Part shown: piece by piece, positions 19,270-29,281 of the stretch
Position numbering within the stretch: position 1 is the first letter of the stretch
Layout: every line of letters begins with the position of its first letter
NCBI GenBank assembly: GCA_965222075.1
Contig: OZ244937.1
Location: 224,001 to 288,000 of the forward strand
Source: Candidatus Latescibacterota bacterium
GTDB lineage: Bacteria > Latescibacterota > UBA2968 > GCA-2709665
Reading direction: 5' to 3'
DNA: 64,000 bases
Notes under the pieces: generated by a model
The model's database searches: none
What the model was told of the DNA's origin: nothing
The model's input: only the letters and a program-made list of their open reading frames with translations
Made by a program: the position numbers and the translations under genes

Positions 19270-21990
19270 GTGGTTGGAGATCGACGATCGGTTTTAAAAT
19301 GGGATCGAACGTGGAGAGGCGTCCTGGTCACTGTTGTTGTTTGCAGCCTGTGGGCGGGGATAAGCCCCGCCGCTCAGAAACTGTCCCCCGCAGCTATCGA
19401 TTCCATCTACGGGATGGGGTTAAGAGCCGTGGATATCAGAAGTGTTCTGACAGCGGCGGAACAGCTCGAGAGGGCCGTATCAGACTATCCGAACTCTGCG
19501 GCTCTGCTGATCCGGATCGGCATGCTTTATCTGCGAGCGGAAGAGGCCGATGCTGCGCAGTCGGCGTTTCAGCGGGCCGTTCAGAAAAACCCAAAAAAGG
19601 TCGACGGGCACGTCGGTCTGGGCCGGGTCTATCTCGAGTTGAGGAATGATCCCGGAGGGGCACTACCGCACCTGCGGGCGGCGCTCGCGGCCGATTCCAC
19701 CTATGCCTGGACCCACCTCTTCATGGCCCGGGCGTTGGCGCAGATCGGCGGACGCTACCTGCGGGCGGAACTGGCCGACAGCGCCCGATCAGCGTTCCAG
19801 CAGGCGGTCGGGCACGATCCCATGCTAACGGCTGCACACCTCGGCTTAGGGCGCGTCTACCTGGAGATGGAAGGCGATCCGGAAGGTGCGCTGCCTCACC
19901 TCAAGGCGGCCGTGGCGGCCGATTCCACAGACGCCGGGGCGCACTATCTCCTGGCCCGGGCCTATCGGGAGCTGGAGCGTGTGGAGGCGAGGAAGGCGGC
20001 CGGCCGGGCGATTCGCCACGACCCGACGTATGCCCCGGCCTACCTGCTCCTGGCCGAATCGTATCGCGAGGAGGGCAATCGGCCAGCGGTGATGGTCTAC
20101 TACAAGAAATACCTTGAGCAGCAACCGGCAGACCAGGAGCCGGCCTACGCGTTTGCCCTGGAGCTGCTGGAGGAGAAGCGGTCGAAAGACCTGGAGGAGA
20201 TCACCTCCCTGATGACAGATGATGAGGCGCTGCCCCTGCTGGCGCACGCGCTGATGCACCGGGGCGACCACCAGGGTGCAATCCGGGCGTTTAAGCTCTA
20301 CATCGACAGTTTGGACCCGAAAGAGCGGGGGCTCTACACCGACATTTCCCTGGTGGGGCTGCCCCGCGAACTTGAGGCCTACGAGACGACGCCTCCGGAC
20401 AGGCGGGAGGCGTTTCTGCGGCAGTTCTGGCTGCGCCACGACCCGTTCAAGGCCACCGCTGGGGCGATGCGCCGCGCAGAGCATTACCGGAGGGTCTGGT
20501 ACGCTCGATACCATTATGGGAAGAAGAAGTGGCCGTGGGACCGGCGCGGGGAGGTCTACATCCGCTACGGGGAGCCCGACTATCGCTCCGCCTCCGACAA
20601 CATGAATGCCAAGATCCCCCCCGCCGTACAGCTCGTACAGGACCGGATGGCCTACGAGCTCTACGGACAGGCGGCGACCGGGCTGACCTTTCTGGGGCCG
20701 GTGTTCCCCATCCGAACGGACCTCGGGGCCTATGAGGAACCTCCCCCGGACTTTTCTGATCTCGAAGGGATGGTGGACCTGGAGGGGCTTCCCCTGATTT
20801 CGGAGTCCGAGACGAACCCGTTCAGCGATACGGATGTTGCGGGCGTGCGGCTGGATCCCGAGTTCACGGTCAGCCTCAGCGGATCGAAGCCGGTGGTGGT
20901 GGGCAACAACTGGGCGGCCGTGCCCTGGGAGGTCTGGGTCTATACGGACGTGGGTGACGGCCTGGAGGTGGCGTTCACCGATGAACCCCGCAACGGCAAC
21001 TACGACTACGCCCCTATCCCCAGCGTGAAACAGAGGGACCTGGACCGTCTCGACGAGGATCGCTACGCGGGGCAGACGGCCTACATGCGTCTGATCCAGC
21101 GGCTGACCGAGCTGTCCCCCTCCGTCCGGGTGGCCAAAGTGGTGCGGGAGCAGCCCGAACGCTACGACGTGACCGATTTCGAGCCGCTCGACTTCACCTA
21201 CGACGCGGTCTCCTTCCGGGGGCCAGACGGCCGGACGGAGGTACAGGTGAACGTCGGCATCCCCATCGAAAACGTGGCCCCGTCACTCAGGGCCGACACC
21301 ACGGTCATGGTGAATCGCCGCGTCGCGCTGATCGACGAGCAGCATACGCAGGTGTTTCCCTTGCAGCAGGACCTGGAGGTGCCGATCTCCGGACGGAGAC
21401 AGGGCCGGGCGCTGCTGGACCGGGTGGACATGGTCGTGATGCCCGGGGCCTACGAACTGGCCGTGCAGGTGCATCGCCACAACACCAACCGGCTCCAGTC
21501 TTATGTGCAGGACCTGTCTCTGGAGGATTACTCCGGGAACGACCTGAAGCTCAGCGACCTCTTTTTGGCAAAGGAGGTGACCCAAGCCAGACCTGCGTCT
21601 GACCCGAAATTCGTGCGGGGCGGATGGGAGATCAGGCCGCTGCCGTCGCACGTCTTCCACGTGGGACAGCACGTATCCGTCTATTTCGAAATCTACAACC
21701 TGATGCGGGATAAGTTCGGGGCTACGCACTACGAGGTGGCCTACGAGGTCCATGCATCTGGAACCTACGGGCTGTTGACGCCCATCCTGACGAAGATTCT
21801 GGGGCGGACGGGGACCACGGCGACGGTGCGCTACGAACAGACAGGCACTGAGGAGTGGGTTTCCGGCTATGTAGAAATGGATATCGGGGAGGCCTCTCCA
21901 GGCCGCTACGTGGTCCGGATGACGGTGGTGGACCTGAACAGCGGGCAGGAGGTGAGCAAGGAGGGGATGTTTTGGGTAAAAGAGGAGTAG
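19270..21990 (+). CDS. Secreted TPR-repeat and GWxTD-domain protein
   Basis: Signal-like N-terminus, duplicated TPR blocks (GLGRVYLE...GALPHL), FLRQFWLRHDP...EHYRRVWYA...WDRRGEVYIRYGEPD, WEVWVY, Ig-like C-terminus. Confidence 0.85.
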   Translation: MVGDRRSVLKWDRTWRGVLVTVVVCSLWAGISPAAQKLSPAAIDSIYGMGLRAVDIRSVLTAAEQLERAVSDYPNSAALLIRIGMLYLRAEEADAAQSAFQRAVQKNPKKVDGHVGLGRVYLELRNDPGGALPHLRAALAADSTYAWTHLFMARALAQIGGRYLRAELADSARSAFQQAVGHDPMLTAAHLGLGRVYLEMEGDPEGALPHLKAAVAADSTDAGAHYLLARAYRELERVEARKAAGRAIRHDPTYAPAYLLLAESYREEGNRPAVMVYYKKYLEQQPADQEPAYAFALELLEEKRSKDLEEITSLMTDDEALPLLAHALMHRGDHQGAIRAFKLYIDSLDPKERGLYTDISLVGLPRELEAYETTPPDRREAFLRQFWLRHDPFKATAGAMRRAEHYRRVWYARYHYGKKKWPWDRRGEVYIRYGEPDYRSASDNMNAKIPPAVQLVQDRMAYELYGQAATGLTFLGPVFPIRTDLGAYEEPPPDFSDLEGMVDLEGLPLISESETNPFSDTDVAGVRLDPEFTVSLSGSKPVVVGNNWAAVPWEVWVYTDVGDGLEVAFTDEPRNGNYDYAPIPSVKQRDLDRLDEDRYAGQTAYMRLIQRLTELSPSVRVAKVVREQPERYDVTDFEPLDFTYDAVSFRGPDGRTEVQVNVGIPIENVAPSLRADTTVMVNRRVALIDEQHTQVFPLQQDLEVPISGRRQGRALLDRVDMVVMPGAYELAVQVHRHNTNRLQSYVQDLSLEDYSGNDLKLSDLFLAKEVTQARPASDPKFVRGGWEIRPLPSHVFHVGQHVSVYFEIYNLMRDKFGATHYEVAYEVHASGTYGLLTPILTKILGRTGTTATVRYEQTGTEEWVSGYVEMDIGEASPGRYVVRMTVVDLNSGQEVSKEGMFWVKEE

Positions 21991-22887
21991 GCGAGGACAA
22001 CCGTTCAACAAATAAGTGAGGGGTGTGCATAAATCTTGACATAGTCGGCAAAAGGTCACCACTTGTAGAAGACACCCATCTTCACAAGGAGGCGATCGAT
22101 GAAAGAACCAACAATCACCGACTATGTCGAGCTCATACATACACTATTCGACCGCTTTGCACAAGCCCAAAGAGCCACCCCCAAACAGGGGCGCCCATAC
22201 ATCTACAAAAATAAGCCCTTATTGGTGTTTTTCACCCTGATGCAGTTTCAGCACATCACCCAGTTTAAAACGCAACATCGCTGGCTGAAAACTCATCCTC
22301 AGCATCAGCAACTGCTGGGATTTGAGACCCTTCCAGATCGCAGTACACTGTCTCGTCGATATAAGGTATTCTATCCCACCATCCAGGCCTTAGTCGCCTT
22401 CGTGGGAGAAGATGTCGCGGATTTGGAAGCAGGCTTTGGCGATAAAAATCTTTACGAGGACAAGAGTCCTTTCAAAGCCGCCGGTCCTGTATGGCATCAA
22501 AGCGATCGCAAAGTGGGTCGCGTGCCGGAGAACCTGCGGCGCTTGGACCAGGATGCCAGTTGGTGCAATAGTGCCTATCATAAATGGGTCTATGGCTATA
22601 GCCTGCATCTGACCTGTTCACAAGTCGGATTTCCTAAGCTGGTGCAAGTCGAGACGGGCACAGTGTCCGAAAGTCAGGTCATCGATGAGAAAATCGAGCG
22701 CTGTTACGAAGCCGCCGCACAGCCATCGAACCCATTTTTGATCTGATCGCCAAATTGCTGGGCGCCACCGATAATCATAAACAGCTTTCCATCCAGGGGC
22801 TGTGTAACGTGCGTACTCATTTGGCCTTAGCTGTTTTCACCCTTCAGGTTGCGATGATCGCCAATAGCATTTGGGGGATGCCTCTAA

Positions 22888-23285
22888 CCTGAATAATTCA
22901 CAAAAAAAAGGACCTCTCCCCCCGGCCCCCTCTCCTGCGAGGAGAGGGGGAGCCGAACGAAGTGTTGCGTAAACAACGTTTTATACATTCTGTGATTGCT
23001 CGGACAACGCCATCTCGTCACCCTCCCAATTGCAATTCGCCGACCAATCACGATGTTTCGACCGGATTTTCTTTCATTCGAAACGTCTTCATCCAATCCA
23101 ACCGTTCATTAACCGATCACAGTTCCCCCTTCCTCTCAGGAAGGGGGGCAGGGGGTAGGTCTCGTCTGTTTCAAACGACCCAAATCCAGAATGTATTACA
23201 CATGGGGATTCACTCTCTCTATTCACTCAGAAGCTGTTTTTGCTTCGTGATACCGCTATCCGTGAAAATTCATGAATTAATCAGG
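22888..23285. mobile_element. Non-autonomous MITE-like element (ends resemble IS1380 family) inserted in the transposase gene
   Basis: Inverted ends CCTGAATAATTCA / TGAATTAATCAGG (12/13 match). Perfect 4-bp target duplication CTAA (22884-22887, 23286-23289). Confidence 0.8.
22911..23161. repeat. Pair of inverted REP-like GC-rich hairpin units
   Basis: GACCTCTCCCCCCGGCCCCCTCTCCTGCGAGGAGAGGGGGAG (22911-22952) and an inverted relative at 23124-23161, each with an internal stem-loop. Confidence 0.7.
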
Positions 23286-23350
23286 CTAAGGACTATCTCA
23301 CACATCATCGCTGCTTTTACCTGAATTGTGCACACCCCTCAACTAAGTGG

Positions 23351-23379
23351 TTGACAAATAACGGTAACGGTGGTATTAT
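23351..23379 (+). promoter_or_regulatory. Near-consensus sigma70 promoter for the TonB-dependent receptor operon
   Basis: TTGACA-17 nt-TATTAT with extended -10 TG. RBS TAAGGAGGT before ATG 23470. Confidence 0.8.
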
Positions 23380-23469
23380 GCATCAGTGATTTCCGGTTAG
23401 AGAATTACATGGCGATTAAGCCATAGAAAAAGCAGCAGAAGCCGGGACTTTTCGTAAGGAGGTTATCGT

Positions 23470-26400
23470 ATGGGTCGTGTATTTCGGTTTTTCGGCGTCG
23501 TTCTCGGCCTCTGCCTGCTGGTCGGGCCGGCCTGGTCGCAGTCGTCTTACGGGAAGCTCACCGGGACGGTGACCGATGCGAAGGTCGAGACCCTGCCCGG
23601 CGCAAACGTGGTCCTCGAGGGCACCCGCTTCGGGGCCACCACCGACGCGGAGGGTGTGTACGTAATCCTGGGCATCGAGCCTGGCGTCTACGCGGTGAAG
23701 GTCTCGATAGTCGGCTACGAGTCAATGGTGCAACAGAAGGTACAGGTGGCTGCGGGCCGGACCTCGACGGCGAATTTCACGCTACGGGAGTCGGCGATTG
23801 AGGCGGCGGAGATCGTCGTGACGGCCGAACGGCCCCTCATCGAGATGGACCGGACCGGCAGCGAAACCAAACTCTCCGAGCAGGCCATCGAGCAGACGCC
23901 GATCCTTCGAGACACGAAGCAGCACCTCGAATTCGTGGCAGGGGTCGATCCGGTCAGCAAGGGCGTCGATCGCGGACGCGGCTACAGGTCGTCAAACGGC
24001 GTGCGCATCCGGCGTCAGTTCGGGCAGCTCGCCGACCAGTGGCAGAGCTGGACCCTGGACGGAATCGAGTTGACGATCCTGGATAACGGATACCAGAATT
24101 TCCATCGGCAGTACACCAACATCCCCGTGACCTCCATCGCCGAAATGGCAGTGGTCAAAGGGGGAATCAGTGTGGCCCACGTCTCCACCCTGTCCGGTGT
24201 GGTCAACATCGTCAGCCGCGAGGGGGGGAGGAACTACCACGGCGGGCTCGACGTGTGGATCGAGCCGCCGGGCAAGCGCCACCGCGGGTCCAACGTCTAC
24301 GACGCAACGGTGGGGCAGCGGGGCGGCACGAACGGATTGTGGCAGGACAAGCTCCGGTGGAACGACCCGGACTGGGTCAACGAGGTTGATCCGGTCTCAG
24401 GTCAGCAGATCCACGTCAAGCAGGACTACGAGGGGGCCGTCGGGCACCTCGTGGAGGGATGGTTCTCCGGTCCTCTGGGCAAGAACTCCACGTTCATCGT
24501 GAGCGGAAAGACGGCGCGGGCCAAGGAGATATTCCCCGCGCCCACGCGCGTTGGCCTGCGCCAGTGGTCGGTGTTCGGAAAGCTCGCGTACACGCCCGCC
24601 GACAACCTGAAGCTGAAGCTGGGCTACAACCAGTCGAGCGAACCCCGCTACCAGGGGGACCTCCGGGGCCCGAACACCAACCTGTTTCTGGTGAGGGGGC
24701 ACACGGGCTACGAGCAGCAGTGGCGGAACCTGGTCTTATACACCACGGCTACCCACACGCTCAGCCCGAAGGCCTTCCACGAATTCCAGGTAGGATTCTA
24801 CAGGACGAGCATCGACACGACGAAGGACACGGACAAGACCGCGAGCTCCTGGAGGAGCGACGAGCTGGGGAAGTTCAGGGTGGACAGGCAGTTCCGCCAG
24901 ATCAGGACGGACTACAACCGACGTTACCAATTCCGATATGACCTCACGGGTCAGGTGACGCGCCGGAACCTGTTCAAGACCGGGCTTTCCTACCAGGTGT
25001 TCCGCAACTACACCTACCAATACGACCAGCGGAGCGCAAGCGCCGGTACTATCTACATGATCGCGGAGGACAGCAAAATCAACAAACGCTACACGGCTAA
25101 CCGGCTGGCGTTGTACGCGGAGGACAAGATTGAGTTCCAGGGACTCATCGTCAATGTAGGCCTCCGATATGAGGTCCTGTGGGGCGGCCCCAGGAGACCG
25201 ATGAGCGGCTTTCTCCGCTCTCTGCCGAGCAACGGAACCTACAACGCCTACCAGACGAGGATTCCTTTGGGGCGCGCGAAACCGATGGTCACCTGGCAGC
25301 CCCGGGTGGCCCTCTCCCATCCGCTCACCGACCGTGCCGTGGTCCGCTACTCCATCGGCCAGTACAGCAAGCCGTCCATGTTCGGTCAGATCTGGGGCGA
25401 GACCTGGGAGACCAAAAGGCTCAAGGACCACCCGGAGCTGGACGGCACGTGGGGAAGCGGGCGCTCGCCGAACGGCGGCGGGTGGCGCCTGGACAGCGCC
25501 TTTCACGACCCAGGGGGGTTCTCCCGGATGACCGAGTTCGAGGTCTCCGGGGAGTGGAACTTCGTCAGCGATTTCGTGCTGGACGCCGCCGTCTACTACC
25601 GCCGGTTGGCGGGCACGAACAGCCTGATCTTCCGCCGGTTCTGGGACCCGGTCCGCAGGCTGGTGAACGACTCCCGCGGCCAGGGACCCCAGGGCCGGTT
25701 CGAGTCGCGTGCGATAGAGCTCTCCATCTACAAGCCGTTCTCCAGGAACTTCTCCTTCCGGGTCTCCCTGGACGTGGGATGGGCCTTCAACCTGACCACG
25801 GCCACGGGCAAGTGGCCCCGCCTCATCTACTTCTACCCGGATTCCACCTTCATCGCCAGTGAGTACTACTTCTTTGTGGATGAAAATGACAACCCAGTGC
25901 CGCTCACGGACGCCCAGATCCGGGACATCGGGAGCAGGGCCAACAAGGTCCTGCGGGCCCGGATGAACACCCAGCAGAACCAGACGGCCAAGCAGAACCG
26001 GTTTTACTATTCGGACTACCTGCCCTACCGAGACGCCCTCCCCCACCTCACCGAAGAGGAGAAGAACCTGCCCTGGCACCAGGGGATCTGGGCCACCGAG
26101 GGCTACTGGCCCGACAAGCGCCCCCGCTACACTCCACCGCCCGTCGCGCAGGCCACCTTCCAGTTCCTCTGGTCCACCCCCTCCGACTGGGGCCCCGGGC
26201 CGACCGTGGGGGGATCTAGAATCCTGGGCGGCATCCAGGCCAACCTGGTCTGGCGGTTCGACAGCGGGAACGGAATCCGGTTCACGCCCCCGGGAGCGAG
26301 CTGGTGGGGCGCAAAAAGCGGACCGATGTTCGTGCGGACCGACCTGAACTTCCAGAAGACCTTTAACACGGAAAAGTTCAGGCACACGGTATACGTAGAG

Positions 26401-26583
26401 GTGTTCAACCTCTTCAACTCCTACGTGGACCGCGGGAGCGAACACCCCGGGGAGGCCTACATCAGATGGGGGCTCTTCGGGCCAGTGCCGAGCGACGCGA
26501 AATACCAGAAGTATGGCGATCCGTTGCCGTTCCGGGGCGGCACCCCGCGCTACGTGAACGCGGGCGTACGGATCAGGTTCTGA
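23470..26583 (+). CDS. TonB-dependent outer-membrane receptor with N-terminal carboxypeptidase-regulatory-like domain
   Basis: Signal peptide, GKLTGTVTD...LPGANVVLEGT...GATTDAEG, EIVVTAERPLI, LSGVVNIVSREG plug end, amphipathic strands, C-terminal PRYVNAGVRIRF. Confidence 0.9.
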   Translation: MGRVFRFFGVVLGLCLLVGPAWSQSSYGKLTGTVTDAKVETLPGANVVLEGTRFGATTDAEGVYVILGIEPGVYAVKVSIVGYESMVQQKVQVAAGRTSTANFTLRESAIEAAEIVVTAERPLIEMDRTGSETKLSEQAIEQTPILRDTKQHLEFVAGVDPVSKGVDRGRGYRSSNGVRIRRQFGQLADQWQSWTLDGIELTILDNGYQNFHRQYTNIPVTSIAEMAVVKGGISVAHVSTLSGVVNIVSREGGRNYHGGLDVWIEPPGKRHRGSNVYDATVGQRGGTNGLWQDKLRWNDPDWVNEVDPVSGQQIHVKQDYEGAVGHLVEGWFSGPLGKNSTFIVSGKTARAKEIFPAPTRVGLRQWSVFGKLAYTPADNLKLKLGYNQSSEPRYQGDLRGPNTNLFLVRGHTGYEQQWRNLVLYTTATHTLSPKAFHEFQVGFYRTSIDTTKDTDKTASSWRSDELGKFRVDRQFRQIRTDYNRRYQFRYDLTGQVTRRNLFKTGLSYQVFRNYTYQYDQRSASAGTIYMIAEDSKINKRYTANRLALYAEDKIEFQGLIVNVGLRYEVLWGGPRRPMSGFLRSLPSNGTYNAYQTRIPLGRAKPMVTWQPRVALSHPLTDRAVVRYSIGQYSKPSMFGQIWGETWETKRLKDHPELDGTWGSGRSPNGGGWRLDSAFHDPGGFSRMTEFEVSGEWNFVSDFVLDAAVYYRRLAGTNSLIFRRFWDPVRRLVNDSRGQGPQGRFESRAIELSIYKPFSRNFSFRVSLDVGWAFNLTTATGKWPRLIYFYPDSTFIASEYYFFVDENDNPVPLTDAQIRDIGSRANKVLRARMNTQQNQTAKQNRFYYSDYLPYRDALPHLTEEEKNLPWHQGIWATEGYWPDKRPRYTPPPVAQATFQFLWSTPSDWGPGPTVGGSRILGGIQANLVWRFDSGNGIRFTPPGASWWGAKSGPMFVRTDLNFQKTFNTEKFRHTVYVEVFNLFNSYVDRGSEHPGEAYIRWGLFGPVPSDAKYQKYGDPLPFRGGTPRYVNAGVRIRF

Positions 26584-26623
26584 GAATGGTGTGGTGTAAT
26601 CGTTCAGGTGGACCTTCCATTTT

Positions 26624-26698
26624 TACCGCAAGAGGCGCAGAGATCGCAGAAACAGTCGTGGTTCGGTAAGCGTATCTCTCTCCGGGTCTCTGTGGTGA
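26624..26698. repeat. Degenerate REP-like inverted repeat between operon genes
   Basis: ACCGCAAGAGGCGCAGAGA ... TCTCTCCGGGTCTCTGTGGT imperfect stem. Confidence 0.45.
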
Positions 26699-26723
26699 AC
26701 GCTTACATCAGAAGAGGAGAAAT

Positions 26724-29270
26724 GTGATGACCCGTATAAGCGGATTTCAAAGTGCAGCGCTTGCCGCCGCCGTGCTGGTCGCTTTCTGCGTCCCTGCGGA
26801 GGCGCAGCTCACCGCGGGGGGGACGTCCAATCTGCCGCTGCCCCCCCGGCAGTTGACGCGCGGGCAGCTCTGGCATTCCTACTTCAACACCGGCTGCGAC
26901 GGCTTCCGGGGCGCCGGATCCGTCAACTACGCCAGCAGCACCTACGCGGATCTGGTCTACCCGTCCACCACCATACGGGGCGGTGATGACTACTCTGAAT
27001 ACTTTGGAAGCCGGGCCGCCGCCTACAACCATGTGGAGGTGGACCGGCACAACGGCCGGGGACACGCCTGGTGGATCGCTACCAAGGTAGACGGCAAGGA
27101 GGTGGTTAGCTGGAGCAGCCCTCTGGCCAAGGGCCGGGAGGAGAGCGACGATGTGGTGTTGATGCAGGTGGACCCCACGATCGACTTGGGCGGACGCTTC
27201 GCCAGCGTAGGCAACCCGGTTTCCTCCCCTTTAACGGGGACCGAGATGGCCAACTGGTGGCCCGGGTCCGGGCTTATTTCTCCAGAAGAGCCGATAGAGA
27301 TTCTCAACTACAGGTACGGCCAGTACAACAATGTCGCGACGGACAATTTCCCGGAGGACATCATCCTGTCTAAATGGACGACGGGGACAGGGATTACGGG
27401 CGAGAAGGCCGCATATGCCTGGAACCACCCCGAGTACGACGACCTGATCATCCAGGAATTCATATTTGAGAACACCGGGGATTCGGACGGGGACCGCGTG
27501 GCGGACCTGCCCGGTGGCGGACACGATCTCAGGAATGTCTATTTTGCCTTCCACCACCGGCTGTGTACCAGCTCCGCCGGGGCCTCGCGCGGCACCCAGT
27601 CGGGCTGGTTCTGGGATTTTGGGACGGGAGACGCGTGCGACGGGCCCAACGGGCCCGACGGCAAGGACAACCTCCAGGACGACAAGATCAAGTATACGGA
27701 GGCCCCCAATTACGACGGCCCGGACTGGGCCAGGGGCCTGAAAATGAACTACGTCTACGACTGGGACAACTTCTGCTACGGCGGCCAGATCGCGGACGAT
27801 GTGGGGGACCCCTGGCGGGCCGAGCTCAAGCAGCGCCTCCAGTCGGTACCCATCTACATCTCCAACGGCGACCTGCTGTCACAGGCGTGGATCGGCGTGG
27901 CGGAGATCGATGTGGACCCCACGGACGGATTCGTGGGGGACGACGAGATCTACGTTGCCCCTAAGGTGGCCCAGCAGCCCTTTGCCCACAACCTGTTCTG
28001 GTTCCTGTTCCGGCAGCAGACCTCGGCCGTGAGCAGCGACATACACGGAGACGAGCCGGACCCGACCAAGCTGAGCGACGAGGTGCTCTACCAGATGGTC
28101 ACCCGGTCTCCAGAGTCGTCCTACTTCGACTCCCCCAGGGACTCCCGCCCCACAAGGGGATCCGGCCCTCCCGGCGAGGGTGTGCCCCTGCTGCCCCTGC
28201 CGGACGAGCCTACCGAGCCGATGCCCTATATGCCCAACCCCGTCTGGGAGTGGGAGGGGCGACGGGGCATCGCGGCCGCCTACACGGTAATGGACACCTA
28301 CGGTCCCTACGACCTGGCCCCCGGCGATAAGGTGAAGTTCGTGTTCGCCTATGTGGCGGGGTCTCCCGTGGAGGAGAGTTTCGACTCGTTCAGCCGGCTG
28401 GGCGACAACAGCGAGCTGCGCAAGGAAGAAAACGGCAAGGCCTTCGAGAATCTCGTGAAGCACCTGCGCAAGGCGAAGGAGGCCTACGAGCTTGGCTACG
28501 ATCTGCCGAACCAGCCGCCGGACGTAAAAACGACCCTGGCGTCGTCCAAAAACGCACAGGTGGAGATCTCCTGGCCGGACGACGCGGACACCTCCCCGAA
28601 TCCGGACACCGGGAGGCCCGACGTGGCGGGCTACAAGATCTACCAGTCTGAAACGATCCCGGGGCTGTGGAAGGAGATCGGGGACGTGAAGGTAGGGGAT
28701 GCCCAATACTACGACGCCGCGGCCGGAACCTACACGTTCGAAGATCCGTTGTCGGTGTCAGGATTCTCGTATCTCTACCAGGTGCGGGCCTACCAGGGCA
28801 GCGGGAACGTCGGCTTTGTAAGCCGCAAGACGGGCAGGACGGTGGAGGGGGGCGTAACGGCCTACACGACGGGACCCAGCGATCCGGGAACCTACTACAT
28901 CCCACCCGGCGGGTCAAGCGGCCTCAGCCCGGTGCAGGTACCCTCGATTGAGGCGGACCGGATGGAGCGGCCAATCCATATCGTCCCCAACCCCTACATT
29001 ATAGACGCCGTACACACCTACGAAGGATCACAAAAGATCCGGATCCTGAATCTCCCCAGACGCGCCAAGATCCGGATTTTTTCCGTTGCCGGCAATATGG
29101 TGGCGGAAGAGGTCCACGAGTCCGATACCGTGGGCGAGTTCGGCTACTTCCAGATCAACCGAACGCTCACGGGCCCGCTCACCTTCGGAGTCTACATTGT
29201 GACGGTGGAGTCGATGGTGCCGGAGAGCATGGGCCAGGTCCAGTACGCCAAATTTGTGATCATTCGTTAA
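26724..29270 (+). CDS. Large secreted protein with FnIII-like domain and T9SS-type/FlgD-Ig C-terminal sorting domain
   Basis: Signal peptide ending AEA, acidic Asp/Pro-rich body, VEISW...VAGYKIY...YLYQVRAY, C-terminus VPNPY...KIRIFSVAG...GVYIVTVE...KFVIIR. Confidence 0.8.
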   Translation: MMTRISGFQSAALAAAVLVAFCVPAEAQLTAGGTSNLPLPPRQLTRGQLWHSYFNTGCDGFRGAGSVNYASSTYADLVYPSTTIRGGDDYSEYFGSRAAAYNHVEVDRHNGRGHAWWIATKVDGKEVVSWSSPLAKGREESDDVVLMQVDPTIDLGGRFASVGNPVSSPLTGTEMANWWPGSGLISPEEPIEILNYRYGQYNNVATDNFPEDIILSKWTTGTGITGEKAAYAWNHPEYDDLIIQEFIFENTGDSDGDRVADLPGGGHDLRNVYFAFHHRLCTSSAGASRGTQSGWFWDFGTGDACDGPNGPDGKDNLQDDKIKYTEAPNYDGPDWARGLKMNYVYDWDNFCYGGQIADDVGDPWRAELKQRLQSVPIYISNGDLLSQAWIGVAEIDVDPTDGFVGDDEIYVAPKVAQQPFAHNLFWFLFRQQTSAVSSDIHGDEPDPTKLSDEVLYQMVTRSPESSYFDSPRDSRPTRGSGPPGEGVPLLPLPDEPTEPMPYMPNPVWEWEGRRGIAAAYTVMDTYGPYDLAPGDKVKFVFAYVAGSPVEESFDSFSRLGDNSELRKEENGKAFENLVKHLRKAKEAYELGYDLPNQPPDVKTTLASSKNAQVEISWPDDADTSPNPDTGRPDVAGYKIYQSETIPGLWKEIGDVKVGDAQYYDAAAGTYTFEDPLSVSGFSYLYQVRAYQGSGNVGFVSRKTGRTVEGGVTAYTTGPSDPGTYYIPPGGSSGLSPVQVPSIEADRMERPIHIVPNPYIIDAVHTYEGSQKIRILNLPRRAKIRIFSVAGNMVAEEVHESDTVGEFGYFQINRTLTGPLTFGVYIVTVESMVPESMGQVQYAKFVIIR

Positions 29271-29281
29271 GGAGCATAGCC

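Larger units (their letters stand above)
22099..23324 (+). pseudogene. DDE transposase pseudogene (internal deletion/frameshift plus MITE insertion)
   Basis: LPDRSTLSRR, LYEDKS, DQDASW...WVYGYSLHL. After a frameshift near 22710 it reads RRTAIEPIFDLI...IWGMPL. It is interrupted at 22888-23285 and resumes RTISHIIAAFT*. Confidence 0.85.
22018..23340 (+). mobile_element. Defective DDE-type insertion sequence (IS4/IS5/IS982-like)
   Basis: Terminal inverted repeats GAGGGGTGTGCA / TGCACACCCCTC. Flanking 8-bp near-duplication AAATAAGT (22010-22017) / AACTAAGT (23341-23348). Confidence 0.85.

Noticed and set aside
22884-23324. ORFs 22884-23096(-) and 22962-23324(+)
   Set aside because: They lie within the MITE/REP region. 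Only the last 12 codons of the latter belong to the interrupted transposase.
24736-26445. Long minus-strand ORFs (e.g. 24736-26445, 30445-32409, 44643-46772, 5326-6927, 59573-61066)
   Set aside because: Antisense shadows of high-GC plus-strand genes. They have no motifs or RBS, and the plus-strand frames carry clear family signatures.
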